Of a stretch of DNA of 64,000 bases, positions 13,163 to 27,030 are shown piece by piece. The stretch is from positions 93,980,851 through 94,044,850 of the forward strand of contig NC_068989.1 of the NCBI RefSeq assembly GCF_001194135.2, in the 5' to 3' direction. How positions within the stretch are numbered: position 1 is the first letter of the stretch; every line of letters begins with the position of its first letter. This stretch comes from Octopus bimaculoides. Lineage: Eukaryota. The position numbers and the translations under genes are program-made. Below the pieces are notes generated by a model, which made no database searches, was not told the origin of the DNA, and saw nothing but the letters and a program-made list of their open reading frames with translations.

Positions 13163-13740
13163 GTCTTTGCACAGCTTCTAACGCTGGAGATGTGCTACGG
13201 TGCTAGTTGTTCACTACCAGTGAACTAAGGTAGCACCCTTTAATTTTCGAGCGCCATCTGGAGTATTCAAGCAGTGCAATATTCTGCCACTGTTCCACTC
13301 TTATTGCGGCCCCTATTTGTTCCATCTACTTCTCAAGATTTTTACTGACTGTTCCCAGGGTTCCGACAATAATCGGTACTACTACAAACTTTTTCATCGA
13401 CCACAACTGCTTAACCTCCCAAGCTAACCTGTCATATCACTCGACTTTTCTTTCTCCCTTATCGCATAGCTTTTTGTCAGCCGGGCATGCTATATCTATG
13501 ATCTAGCATAGTTTGTTTTCTTTCTCAATTAAGACTATGTCTCACTTCCTATTCTCTATCTCATGGTCGCATTGAAATCATAAAATCCCACAGGACCTTT
13601 GCATTATCCTTTTCGATGATGCCTTCAGATTTGAGGTCCCCGCTCCAATATTTCAGGCCTTGGGCTTCTAGTAGAAGAGATATGTCATTACAGCTACGTA
13701 TAAGCGTATCAGTAGGGGTCTCTTGGAGTCATTAGTGTCT
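13128..13740 (-). mobile_element. 5'-truncated RLE-type non-LTR retrotransposon 3' end (R4/Dong-like) with (AAT)n tail
   Basis: Minus strand, with frameshifts and stops: EGIIEKDNAKVLWDFMI-QCDHEIENRK*DIVLIEKENKLC*IIDIACPADKK...LAWEVKQLWSMKKFVVVPIIVGTLG; (TAT)n at 13128-13162 is the 3' tail. Confidence 0.85.
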
Positions 13741-15871
13741 TCCTTCTAAATTATTCCTGGAGTTTTATTGTATTCATATTATATTATACAAACAAAATTT
13801 GTAGCCCTTTATAGTAGGCGGACCTGAAGTGCAATTAGAAATTTTGGAAAGTCGTAGCTATTATTACGATAAATATTCACTGGTTACCTTATTCTTCAAT
13901 AGCGATGAGTTATTGGTTAATATTCCTATTTTATTTTTAACATTTAATCATCGGTCCAGAAAGTTTTCAGGCAATAAAGTTACGTACGCAATAAGGTTAC
14001 GATTTGGTAATGGATTTTATTGGAGTAAACCAAATGAGTGAAGGATTTTTATCCAGAATGGAAATTAGTCGTTGAGTCATCTCGATGCAACGCCATTTTT
14101 TTTTAACAATTCGAACGGTGATAGTATTCGTATTAATGATTATCTTTGAGCAGGCAAAAGCCATAAAGTTATTCAAGAAGAGAAGAGTCGATTGAATCAT
14201 CTCCGGTTCATACTTCATATTTATTTTATGGCCACAAGGAAAAGAAAGGAAAATTCAATCTTGTACATAGCTAAACTAAAAGGACACATTTTTACGCGTT
14301 TTGTTTCTCACGCGATTAATATTATATAGAATGGGTTCATTTTCTACTATTTACGAAGGTCCATTTGCACAAGAAATGGAGATTAAGCGTGGAATATAAC
14401 GGAAAATATGCCTTCAGAACATTAGTAGCATACACACAGTGAAATGCTTCCAGCTGTCCACTGTAAGGGTACCTCAGATTAAGATTATATAAAGATAATC
14501 TATTGTTCTTGAACAGATTTCATATTTGCTCGTGTTATCTATTCAAAATATATTGCTGTAATTTAGGGAACGTTATGGCATGAAGTCACTTGCATAGAAA
14601 GAACTATTTTCCAAAGTTTTTTTAGCAAACTAAGTGAAGTAAATTAGTTTCTGCCAGCAATCGATATGCTGGTGCTGTCTAAAATTTCTTCTACCACAAC
14701 TTTCGTTTTCTAGGAACACATTCTGCATATTTTGTGCGAATGGAAAACATGTACTTGGTAACGACATTTATGTAACCAAGAGCAATATTAACATAATCGA
14801 AGTGGATTTAATTTAAATGAGATCGAAACTGGTTTCTGGCCTTGTTATTGACATTCTTGTGAAGACATTCTTCTCTTTCAGAAAGCCAAAATGAAAGCAC
14901 ATCCGGTTTCTGTTACACACCAAAGTGAATGTTACAATATTATTTCAATGAAAGATAACTTCTTTATGGAGACATCGTATTTTTGACTAGAAAAAAAGAA
15001 GTATAAAGGAATTGTAATTATATGTTTCTCATCCAGGATATTATGTGGGTAACTCCAATATACTCTGAGGCACAACCAGCTTGTTTAGAGCTCATCACTT
15101 GCAATTTCGAAGTGGAAAAATCGAAAACCATTCGAGAAGTTATATAATAGTTAAAGCGGTATCTTCAGTTTATAGATTTGAATTTTCATCGAAATGAATG
15201 TTGCCACTCATAGAATCGGGCTGCATGAAATATATTACTCTTTCAAAGCAGTGAATTAACATAACGATTAGAGCAGCAGACGAAATACTTTCTGAGGGCT
15301 TCGATGGTGAGCTATCTCGTTCTGAAATGTCTTCAGTCGATTTAATTTTGTTGCAAGGATTCAAGTTTACTTTTCTTGTTTCTGGATTACTTACTCCCGT
15401 CTATCGCAGGTCCAAAAACTCAACAAAGGATCATAAAGGTTAACTGTACTTTTTTGACTATGCACGAGAATAATTTTTAATACACTGCGGGACAACAAAG
15501 TCAAAGGCCTGGAAATTGTGTCCTTTCATAGTTCCTTTCGGAGAGTCAAGTACCATGATTTGGATACGTGTCATAGAATGTTTGTATACATTGTTCCACC
15601 AGTCACTGATGGCACTCTATAATTGAAAAGTGCTTCCTTGGCTTGCTGTAGTGAATTGAACATTTTTGTGGCTACAATCAGATGAGGAACCAGATATTTG
15701 CTAGTGTCATCTGTATTTCATTTCCATAATCGCACGTCAAGATGAATATCACAAAATGGAGGCAATTTAATTAATAACTTGACAACGCAGCGATAAACAA
15801 ATACAATGAAGGTATCGCTGATAAAGTGTACTAAATTTCATTATTCAAAATACTTAAGAACAACAATTATA

Positions 15872-15915
<44 letters not shown>

Positions 15916-16765
15916 TGCGTGTGAGTGTGAAATGGAACATTTTCAATCTAACTCAATTATATCTTGAAGTATTGATTTACTTTCGACTTCAAATGCATTT
16001 AAATATTGAATAAAATTTATTAGATCAAATTTAGTTCTTATCGAAAACAACAATCGTTCTCTTTCATCTATTACAAACATTCGGTACGCATTAATACTTT
16101 GAAAATATGTTACGTATCCAAGGGCCGAAACATTAGTCCATACGATGTCAGTATTGAGAATACATCAAAACACTATCTGTATCGTACTATCATACTCGAG
16201 TACGTGATGGCAATACTAAGAACAAGTATAATAGAAAGAATCACTTTCAACATATCAACTAAATGCATGGATTGGTAATTGATATGATTTCATAAAGCAA
16301 AATAAAATTGGCATGAATGAAGGGAAACAAAAAATAAAAGGAAGGATTGAAGACAGGGCAGATATATTTATTTTTAAAGGGTGACTAATTAATTTATGTA
16401 GGCAACAACGTTGATAGCAATAATTATATTTAAAATACACCCGCTTCAAGAGAAGAGGTATTTTTACATCGCTAATTAGATTTATACGAATAACTGGTGA
16501 AATTTAATTACTCTTCTTCATTATGGAATTATTTGAGAAATAACATCACGATCAATAAAGAAGTTTAAAGAATAGGGACAATGTGCTGAACATAAAAATT
16601 GCAAGTGGTTTATACCGATATACGTAGAAACAAGCCCGTGCGCGCACACACACACACACCCACACACAAATATGAATTTATAAACGTTTATATAACTGCA
16701 TGTACTAGTGTTATATACGTTAATATGTAGGAATATATATATATATATATATATTATTTAAAATA

Positions 16766-17045
16766 CAGAGATGCCTGTAATAGGACATCTAACCCGCTAG
16801 AAATAGCAGCAAGACTACATACCACAAAAAGTAGGGATAATTTCGAAAGGGGATGAAAAATAAAAACATTTACCAATCTATATTCTGTACCATGATTTCA
16901 AATCAATTTTAGTAAAATAAAAGTTTTATAACTTTTATCTTACTAAAATTAACTTCATCCCCTTTCGAAATTATCCCTACTTTTTGTGGTATGTAGTCTT
17001 GCTGCTATTTCTAGCGGGTTAGATGTCCTATTAGAGGCATCTCTG
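16766..17045. mobile_element. MITE with 92-bp TIRs and TA target-site duplication
   Basis: TIRs 16766-16857 and 16954-17045 match at 91/92 positions; flanked by TA on both sides; extra internal 21-bp hairpin 16905-16950. Confidence 0.9.
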
Positions 17046-17145
17046 TATATTAAATGAATAATACATAGTCTATTGACTGTTTTTTACCCTTGCTAGGCCA
17101 CTGGTGGTAAATTTCAAAAATTTTTTTACTACCCTGTATTTTATT

Positions 17146-17192
<47 letters not shown>

Positions 17193-17412
17193 TACACCAC
17201 ACAACACACACGCACATATGTAGGTGGGGTGAGTATGTGCGTATATATATATATAGATATGTGTGTATGTATATATAAATGTATATATACGTGTATATAT
17301 ATGTATGCATATATATATAGATACCAGATACACATATATACATATATGTATATATGAGTATGTATATGCATGTACATATGTGTGTATGTATATGTCTATG
17401 TATGTATATGTA

Positions 17413-17460
<48 letters not shown>

Positions 17461-17718
17461 CGTGCGTGTGTGTGTATCTGAATATGTGTAACTATGTGTG
17501 TGAATATGGATGTATTTAATGCAGAAAAAATTCAGTTAACATATAAGCCAATCACTAGTTTACGTGTGAATATACAGTTTTAGATGAAGCTTCACAAAAA
17601 GTAAAATAGAGTGATAAAGCACTCCGACTTTACCACATACATACATATACAATTTCTTTCCTCTCTATCTTACATCCATCTCTCTGCTTCTTAAGCCATT
17701 AATACGTCTATATATAAA

Positions 17719-17880
17719 GCGGTGAGCTGACAGAAACGTTAGCACGCCCGCCGAAATGCTTAGCGATATTTCGTCCGTTGCCACGTTCTGAGTTCAAATT
17801 CCGCCGAGGCCGACTTTGTATTTTATCGATGAAATAAGTTCCAGTTGTGCACTGGGGTCGATATAATCGACTATACCCCT
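17719..17880 (+). mobile_element. tRNA-derived SINE (family A)
   Basis: GCGGTGAGCTGACAGAAACGTTAGCACGCC...GAGTTCAAATTCCGCCGAGG (B box)...CTGGGGTCGAT; related copies elsewhere in the window. Confidence 0.8.
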
Positions 17881-17987
17881 TCCCCATATATATCTTCCAG
17901 AAAGTAACACACTTATAAATGAACACTAATGTTCAAAGAGTTTTAAAGTTGGCTGCATAGCTATGAACAATTTATACATTTGATCGT

Positions 17988-18309
17988 GGCATTCCGTCGG
18001 TTGCGGCGACAAGGGTTCCAGCTGATCCGATCAACAGAACAGTCGTGAAATTAACGTGCAAGTGGCTGAGCACTCCACAGACACGTGTACCCTTAATTTA
18101 ATTCTCAGGGAGAGTGTGACTAGGCTGACTCTTTGAAATAGAGGTACAGCAGAAACAGGTGGTGAAAGAGTACAGCAGGGTTCGCCTACACCCCTGCTGG
18201 AGCCTCGCGAAGCTTTGGGTGTTTTCGCTCAATAGACACACATAATGTCCGGTCTGAGAATCGAAACCGCGAGTCCGCTGCCCTAACCACTGGGCCATTA
18301 CGCCTCTAC
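17988..18309 (-). mobile_element. tRNA-derived SINE (family B), internally shortened
   Basis: Reverse complement matches 48330-48690 at both the head (TAATGGCCCAGTGGTTAGGGCAGCGGACTCGCGG) and the tail. Confidence 0.9.
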
Positions 18310-19657
18310 ATACATTGGAGAGGTAAACGATTAGATAGATATGAAAGTTATATTGCCAGTTAGATAGACAGGTTCGAAAGAAGGGCAAGTTAAATACACA
18401 AAAATTTACATATAAATAAGTTTATATGTAAATAGATAGTTTGATGTCCCTAGCTATCTCTCATTTAGCATGCCTATAAATGTATTAATTTATCAGTCAA
18501 TCTTTCTGTTTAAAGGATTCACTAATCTAGATCAACGTAGTACTTGTTTCATATTTCTTGTCTTCATTTTGGTTAAGTCATACTATATCTGTCTTTCTGA
18601 GAAACATACGTGTGATCGCACAAAAGGATAGAAATGCAGATAATCAATTCTTTGGACACTTAACCTTTCCACGAACTTCCCTCTTCAACCGTAACATTGA
18701 GAATATTTTCGTAGTATTTTTATGTAAGTATAGCATAAATTCAGGTGACTGCGTGGGGAAGTATACACACGACTCTGTGTTAAATGTGATTTTGAGTTAG
18801 AAAAGGATCAGTTTGTAAACAATTATATGCCTGCATGTAAAATGTATATAAAAGAAAAAAAGTATAATATGCAGAAAGTTTACTTTGTATTGGTGTAAAA
18901 ACAGAAGACAATTATGTTGAATAAAACAATATAATGACCATAATTTTCACTCAGAAACGGTTTATATGTGTGTCAACTAAGCGTTCCTGAATTATTGCAT
19001 ATATGTATTACGTATAATTATACCGAGATATTTTTTATATGTTATTTATATATGCTTTTTTGCAGTTTATTTCAAACGACAGACCATTATTGCCATCCTC
19101 GGTAGTATTGTATGAAGGCTTGTAAAATACACATGGTTATTGCACAAATATCTTGAAGTGAAAAGAATATATTTCTGCGTTCAAGCGCACTAACAACGTC
19201 TCAAGAATAAACAAAAGAAATAGTGCTGCACATGATTACCGGTGACTAAAAAGTTTAAGAAATTTGTAATAAGTAAAACAAAGATCTGTGAATTCTATAT
19301 CATTTTCCTGAAAATTATTAAATTTCAAATCACACTAGATATGAAATTATTTCTTCCTCATAGTAACTGTTAACGAGGCGATGACATGCGTTGGAAAAAC
19401 TTTATTTATTCTTCCAAATTTATGTTCTTAGCAATAGACAGGCATTTTTCTCTTCCTCGGCTTCTGAGATCAGCAAATATTCCATGATTTTATTTTAAGT
19501 GTTATAGAATCAGTCACCAAGTATAATATACGAATATCTTTATGCCTGATATAATTGGATCCTGTCCTGTCTGATCCCACTTGGTATGTTTGTGTCGCTC
19601 TGTCTTTTCTAATATATTGTTCATCTTTAATAAAATTATTTGTCTAATCTTGTGACA

Positions 19658-19703
<46 letters not shown>

Positions 19704-20554
19704 TTAAATCATATTCAGAGACTGCTAGCTTTATTACCATATCTGTGCACGTGTATGTGTACATATATATCTTTCTGTACTACATTTTAATTTATACTTT
19801 ACGTTTAAGAAGAAATTCAGATTTTCATATTGTAAATTTATGCTTAAGCTAAGATATATATTGAAATTTTAAAATATTCTTTCATTATTCATTTTCAACC
19901 AGAGTGTAATTTGCATTATCCTCTATGAGACTATTATTTTACCAATGAAGACACGCACTAAAAACTATAATTCCATCATTAAATTTGTGCGTCGTAACAG
20001 ATGCATCTCATCTCTTACTCTAACAATTCCATAATTCAGCTCCGGACTGTCAAAGATCTTAAGTAAAATCGCAGAGAACCAAAGCCGTTATTCTCATAGA
20101 TTTCTCCCCGGTCGTCTCATGATTCTGTTATAAGTTCTTGTGTGTTGAGTGTGTGTTTGTGAGTCTATTATTACACTAATGCCCTCTCTGCATTTCCGAG
20201 CTCAATAATATAAGTAGCACTCAAACCAATGTCGTAATGATGTGGTATAATGGTTAGGCTGCTGCACTCACCAATAATTATCATTGAGATTCGTGGACCG
20301 GAATTAATAGATATAAAGATAGATAGATAGATATTCACACACACGCACACATACATATATATATATATATAAAGGAAAACAAGACGGTATAAAATAATTT
20401 TATCATGAAGAACATGTTCGTACTGGTTTCAGTCTTTGTGACTTTGTCAACTTAGAGTAAAGCATGAAAAAAATTAAATTATGGAAAAATTAAATGAAAC
20501 GTCTTTTTAGAATATTTCCATAGTTTTCAAATACAAGGGACATTTTTCAAGTAT

Positions 20555-20599
<45 letters not shown>

Positions 20600-20602
<3 letters not shown>

Positions 20603-21170
20603 AATTTTGTGAAGGCTTCGTAGAAGGTAGTCACAATCCTAAAACAATATTTGGTCTTGATAGTTTAAGCAGCAGTAGTAGCCGAGGAGAGAATGAATAA
20701 TAAAAACACGGGAGTGGTATGACACTAGTAGGATGTTGGTGGAATTCTCTTAAATGGTCAAGTGACCTAAAAGTTACCGGTTGTGTTTGTAATAGTAGTG
20801 AGTGGAATTGTTCTGAATAAATTCATGGATAGTGAGTATCCTGAATATATCCGTTTTAATAATTGCGTGGGTATTATTCTAAATGTCTTGTAGTAGTGTC
20901 ATTTGTGGTGGACGCATTCAAAAGGGGTTTATATTTAGTATCTCTGTGTTTGCGTATATGGTCTAAAATGATTGAGGTGATTGGTACGATAGCTGTGATG
21001 TAGTTGTTCCCTGTTGTTGTGGAGTGCCTTGTTGCTGTGATTTATGGTGCGGGTTCTTGAAAGGTTATTGAAAAGTGTGTCCCTACATCCCATCTTCCGA
21101 TGTGGTGCTTTAGGGGACCGTCGCTGGTAATTATTACGCGTTGTTACAATCAGGCAAATTCTTAGGTATA
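20600..21170 (-). mobile_element. Possible PLE N-terminal region remnant
   Basis: C/A-rich minus strand; weak motifs ILYLRICL and LDHIRKHRDTKYKPLL resemble PLE N-termini; no catalytic motif. Confidence 0.3.
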
Positions 21171-21324
21171 AAATGGTTGAACGTCTGAACGCAACAACGT
21201 AATTGTAAAATCAGTGAATTAACATTCAAGGATGAAATTATGTAACAAAATTGTATTTTATAGATGTCAATTAAAGGATATTTTAGCGATCCATTTGCAG
21301 CTGCATGTTATTGTCCTCAGCCCA

Positions 21325-21560
21325 CCTATTTAATGCGTCCAACTCCCGTTGCAGATGCACAACATATACAGTGTTCTGTATCTCCTGCATAGCTAGCAAG
21401 AGTGGCAACCCGAGCAGCTGGGACCATGCCTGAGAGGCCTACTATGAATAGTAGCGACCGTAATACAGTGTCCTGTGGAACACTAGTCATTATTTGTGTC
21501 TCCTTGCACAATGCATCCAATGGTTTCAAATTAAATTGCTTGTCTGTTAAGCCATGAAGA
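21325..21560 (-). pseudogene. CR1/L2 (jockey-group) LINE reverse transcriptase fragment
   Basis: ORF 21326..21529 contains TSVPQDTVLRSLLFIVGLSGM...LASYAGDT, a decayed SGVPQGSVLGPLLF...YADDT. Confidence 0.75.
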
Positions 21561-21619
21561 CTATTTACACCTCCATAAGTAGTGGAACACTCATTTACAC
21601 CATTGTTCTATATTTATGC

Positions 21620-21659
<40 letters not shown>

Positions 21660-22802
21660 NNNNNNNNNNNNNNNNNNNNNNNNNNNNNNNNNNNNNNNNN
21701 NNNNNNNNNNNNNNNNNNNNNNNNNNNNNNNNNNNNNNNNNNNNNNNNNNNNNNNNNNNNNNNNNNNNNNNNNNNNNNNNNNNNNNNNNNNNNNNNNNNN
21801 NNNNNNNNNNNNNNNNNNNNNNNNNNNNNNNNNNNNNNNNNNNNNNNNNNNNNNNNNNNNNNNNNNNNNNNNNNNNNNNNNNNNNNNNNNNNNNNNNNNN
21901 NNNNNNNNNNNNNNNNNNNNNNNNNNNNNNNNNNNNNNNNNNNNNNNNNNNNNNNNNNNNNNNNNNNNNNNNNNNNNNNNNNNNNNNNNNNNNNNNNNNN
22001 NNNNNNNNNNNNNNNNNNNNNNNNNNNNNNNNNNNNNNNNNNNNNNNNNNNNNNNNNNNNNNNNNNNNNNNNNNNNNNNNNNNNNNNNNNNNNNNNNNNN
22101 NNNNNATATATATATATATATATATATATATACCTATAAATGTGTGTTCGGTTTTGTTGTTATTTCCCTTAAAATTCTTTTTGGATACTTCCCAAAAGAG
22201 AAAATATGTGAACCATTCTTTCATTTAAGAGACATTTATATATTTTTTCTCTTTATTACTCCGTTACATATCGTTTTCCTATAAATATATTTCCTGTAAA
22301 TACGTCTTATAATTGCACGCCTTTCTTTTCATCCTCAAATACCAACTTCCGGTTTAAAACTGGGTATCACATTTCTTGATTGTATTTATAGAACTCGGTA
22401 ATTAGCCTTTCAAATTATCACTTTTATTACTGACATTGTCACTCCGTGAAGGCCATTAACACATATAAATACAGAAAAAAAGCAAAACTCACTACTGCAA
22501 ATATCCTTTGCCAGCCCCTCGACAAACAATAGAAATAACAACAAAACGACAACCACCAGCACCAACATCATTGCCACCTTACAAATGCACACACACTTGA
22601 CGACAAAAATACTCATTTATATCTAAAAATATTAATTTAAAATTGACGCAACGCCAATTTGCGTACGTGAGATGCATTGTCGATAAAATTGATCAAGTTT
22701 ATTAATCACCACATCTTTCTATTGGTTCTAGATGCAAAACCATGGAAACAATATATAAAAGTATAAACTCTCTCTCTTTCTCTCTCTCTCTCNNNNNNNN
22801 NN

Positions 22803-22838
<36 letters not shown>

Positions 22839-23038
22839 ATGAGTGTAGGTAGGTGCGTGCATAAACGCATTAATATGTATGGATACACACACACACACCC
22901 ATATATGTGTGTGTTTATGTAAGTCCGTGTAAGTACGTATATATATTTATATAGTATGTACTTAAATTGTATGAATACACATCTATATACGTATACATGT
23001 ATCTTTACATATTCATATATATCCATATATGTATAAGC

Positions 23039-23079
<41 letters not shown>

Positions 23080-23999
23080 TCGTGTATATATACATATGTA
23101 TAATATATATCTATATTTATAGGTATATATATATATATATATATANNNNNNNNNNNNNNNNNNNNNNNNNNNNNNNNNNNNNNNNNNNNNNNNNNNNNNN
23201 NNNNNNNNNNNNNNNNNNNNNNNNNNNNNNNNNNNNNNNNNNNNNNNNNNNNNNNNNNNNNNNNNNNNNNNNNNNNNNNNNNNNNNNNNNNNNNNNNNNN
23301 NNNNNNNNNNNNNNNNNNNNNNNNNNNNNNNNNNNNNNNNNNNNNNNNNNNNNNNNNNNNNNNNNNNNNNNNNNNNNNNNNNNNNNNNNNNNNNNNNNNN
23401 NNNNNNNNNNNNNNNNNNNNNNNNNNNNNNNNNNNNNNNNNNNNNNNNNNNNNNNNNNNNNNNNNNNNNNNNNNNNNNNNNNNNNNNNNNNNNNNNNNNN
23501 NNNNNNNNNNNNNNNNNNNNNNNNNNNNNNNNNNNNNNNNNNNNNNNNNNNNNNNNNNNNNNNNNNNNNNNNNNNNNNNNNNNNNNNNNNNNNNNNNNNN
23601 NNNNNNNNNNNNNNNNNNNNNNNNNNNNNNNNNNNNNNNNNNNNNNNNNNNNNNNNNNNNNNNNNNNNNNNNNNNNNNNNNNNNNNNNNNNNNNNNNNNN
23701 NNNNNNNNNNNNNNNNNNNNNNNNNNNNNNNNNNNNNNNNNNNNNNNNNNNNNNNNNNNNNNNNNNNNNNNNNNNNNNNNNNNNNNNNNNNNNNNNNNNN
23801 NNNNNNNNNNNNNNNNNNNNNNNNNNNNNNNNNNNNNNNNNNNNNNNNNNNNNNNNNNNNNNNNNNNNNNNNNNNNNNNNNNNNNNNNNNNNNNNNNNNN
23901 NNATATCGAACAATGAAAATTAGTGCTCTACGACGGATTGGTGAATATAATTTATTTATTTGTGAATTTAGGCTACCGTCGGTTTCATGCTAAGAAAAG

Positions 24000-24760
24000 C
24001 CAATCACATGGAGAAAAGTGTTCGCTTCCATTTCGGGAAATACAGCCTTGTGTAGTTCGTGACATTCTCTTGAATTTACGAAAATAAAACAATGAAGCAA
24101 AGAATCAAGGGACGTTATTTCTCTGTGACACCTTTTGGATGTTTGTCACCATTTGACTTTTCCTTTGGGCAAATTGTTATGTGGTCAATTTGTTTGCATT
24201 CTTTTGTTTTTGTTCTGTGTCGTGTGTTCTTATACTTGTGTGCTGAGGTAGTTCGTCATTGGGCCATATTTCTCTTGCGGTTTGAGTTTATGTGCAATGG
24301 GTGTTCACATTTCTAGTTTAGGAAAGAGGCTATCCTGATGGGATTACTGTCTCTTCTTTGAAATATTTGAGAGTAAAATATTGTTTGTGTATGCAGGGAG
24401 AAAAGGTTTCATCCCTAATTTCAAGAGGTTATCCGTTGATTGTATAGTGTTTAATTTTTCAGTAATAAAGAGTTAACATCAGGTAATCCGTCTTCTATAT
24501 TTTTTGACTTTAACAATAATTTCCCATTCTATCAGGGGTTTATGATCCTACCTTCTTTCATTGTTTATATCATATTTGACATCGGATGCTGCTTGTTTTT
24601 TTTAAATTTTTGTCTCTGAATGTCGCCAGATGTTGCGTATCCTTTTCCCTCCGATATATGTGTAGCTTTTCATTGGCATTCGATATAATTTTCCATGCTT
24701 TGTGTAAATGATTCTTAGAAGACAGATTTTCACTATTTTCTGATAAATGAGGGATTGCAT
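24000..24760 (-). mobile_element. Penelope-like element 3' end (GIY-YIG C-terminus plus tail), degenerate
   Basis: Minus strand pieces KSYTYIGG, IEWEIIVKVKKYRRR, FITEKLNTI, DNLL and RDETFSPCIHKQYFTLKYF match the PLE EN C-terminus also seen at ~4500-4680. Confidence 0.65.
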
Positions 24761-25059
24761 GTAAATGTTAATTCATAAGTATGAACTTTCGATCTTTTAG
24801 AGTCGACCAGGTGTAGTGCGTGGTGTATCTGTGCCTTAACGCATACATATATATATATATATATCTATATATATATGATGTACCTATATGCGTATAGATA
24901 TACAAACATGTATGTGCGTTTATTCTCATATACGCTCTAGGACAGGCAAGACCGGTTACTCAATTTCCATGATGTATAAGTAAACGAGATCACATCAATG
25001 ACCCCGAACGAGATGCCGGTTCATTATTGAGTTCATGTCAGTTATTGTTTGAGAGAAAC

Positions 25060-25227
25060 GGGCCACGTGGATTTCAACGAACCCGTAATTGAGTTGGACT
25101 TCATCAACTCCGAAGTGAAGATGGCTGATTTGACCTCGGTGAGATTTGAACTCAGATTTAAAAATCTGGCAGAAATGCTGAGAAACACATTGTCCGATGC
25201 GCCAACGATTCTGTCAGCTCACCGCCT
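25060..25227 (-). mobile_element. SINE family A, degenerate
   Basis: Reverse complement begins AAGGCGGTGAGCTGACAGAATCGTTGG and contains CTGAGTTCAAATCTCACCGAGGTC. Confidence 0.75.
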
Positions 25228-25669
25228 TACATATTAGCTTGATATAAAAGTCATTAACAACAATAGAGATATCAGACAAAGTTATTTATCACAGCTATTG
25301 CTAATTGACACTTTTATTTCTTATGTGAATATAAATATTTCTGGAATTAGACATGTGAATTTCAGAATGTATGTATAATAATAATAATATTCTGTTCTAT
25401 AATTATATGGAAATATTCACTTACATTAAGATCTTGGCATTATATCAATGGGTGGATTATTCACAAGTGCCATCGTGGACAATATGAATAATGCTAAAAC
25501 TTCTCAGGAAATATCAAAATATATATAGAATGGTAAAATAGTCAATGTCTAGATTGACCTCTAGATCGTTATGGAATGTATGTAGGGAATATTACTTTGA
25601 ATAGCGAATGATATATTTGAGTAACTCTGACGTAACATAAGAAGGGTTGGTATATGTATCAAAACTAGA

Positions 25670-25805
25670 CACAATGCTTAGTGCTACTACCTCCGCTTAT
25701 TTACTTTCTGAGTTCAAATGCTGACGAGATCGACTTTGCATTTCATCCTTTCAGCATCGATAGAATATGAATCAGTAGATCGTGGAGTCGATGCAATCGA
25801 TGTAC
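25670..25805 (+). mobile_element. SINE family A, 5'-truncated
   Basis: ATGCTTAG...CTGAGTTCAAATG..GAGATCGACTTTGCATTTCATCCTTTC...GTCGATGCAATCGA. Confidence 0.7.
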
Positions 25806-25889
25806 ACCGCTCATCAATTTTGACAGTCTTGTATCGAAATTTGAAATAATCATTGATACGTTTAGTAATATGTATACATACCTATATAA

Positions 25890-25921
<32 letters not shown>

Positions 25922-25984
25922 ATACATATACACATACAGGCATGCACATATATATATGTGTGTGTGTATCTCTAATTTTCTCTT

Positions 25985-26033
<49 letters not shown>

Positions 26034-26038
26034 ATAAA

Positions 26039-26222
26039 GTTGTAAATCGTAAAACGTAACTGTCTTGACTATTACATGAACCGGAAAATTGCATAGTTCA
26101 ATGCATGAAAGTACGAGTTCAATCAGAATGGAAATTTAATATTCTATCATTTCATTATATTATCTTATATTATTACAAGGTTGTAAATAAAACGTGAAAA
26201 TCTGTTGGAATTTCTCTGAGTA
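26039..26222 (+). repeat. Dispersed copy of the PLE 3' UTR segment 30861-31045
   Basis: 37-bp exact match at 26134-26170 = 30956-30992 within ~180 bp of colinear similarity. Confidence 0.85.
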
Positions 26223-26276
26223 ATATATTCTTCTATGCTTAATCATACACACTCCTGTATCTGTGTCCGTGAAGCC

Positions 26277-26309
<33 letters not shown>

Positions 26310-26980
26310 AGCGAGCGTGTACCTACATTAACATATAAATATATACATAGACAGGCGAGGTGGTTCCCGGGGACAGTGGAAGTCAATCATAAATCAACAT
26401 TAAATGCCGCCACAGCATACTGATTCTTCAGTATCTGTAAGATGGAGGCGAGGAGAGTGAGTGTGTTTTTGTACGTATCTATAAAACACCATAGTCGCGT
26501 CGCTAAATTCTAATTAACCGCTCAAGTGTGCAGCTGTGTTTTTGGGCATCCGCCTCCGACGTAATTGTCTTACCTTTTAATGGCTTTATTTGATGAAATA
26601 TCTTTATCAAAGTAAGAATAGTACCAGGTCATTGTATACTTATCGAAATAATATTTTCTAACTTTTTAATTCTTAAAATACGTGTTTTATGCATGATTGG
26701 CTACATGTAGATCCGTCACCTTTTAAAAAACGAACTGTATCCATTCCATGTCATTGTAAGCTATGAAACCCTGTATGCAACCAGCTACAAGCAATTAACT
26801 GAGCGTTCATTGAAGGAGATACCCTTTGAAAAGTCACCTGACGAGACACAGCTGTACCGAAGGATGCACCACAACCATTTGTCCAGAATCTCACTCGCGT
26901 GTGACCGACGCGAGATGAGTCGAAACAATTGTTGTGATTAATAAAGAAAGTCATGAATTTCATTGTCTCTTTTTCTCATG

Positions 26981-27030
26981 TGGCGAGCTGGCAGAAATGT
27001 TAGCACGCCGGCCGAAATACTTGACCGCAG
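26981..27030 (+). mobile_element. SINE family A head only
   Basis: TGGCGAGCTGGCAGAAATGTTAGCACGCCGGCCGAAAT. Confidence 0.7.
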
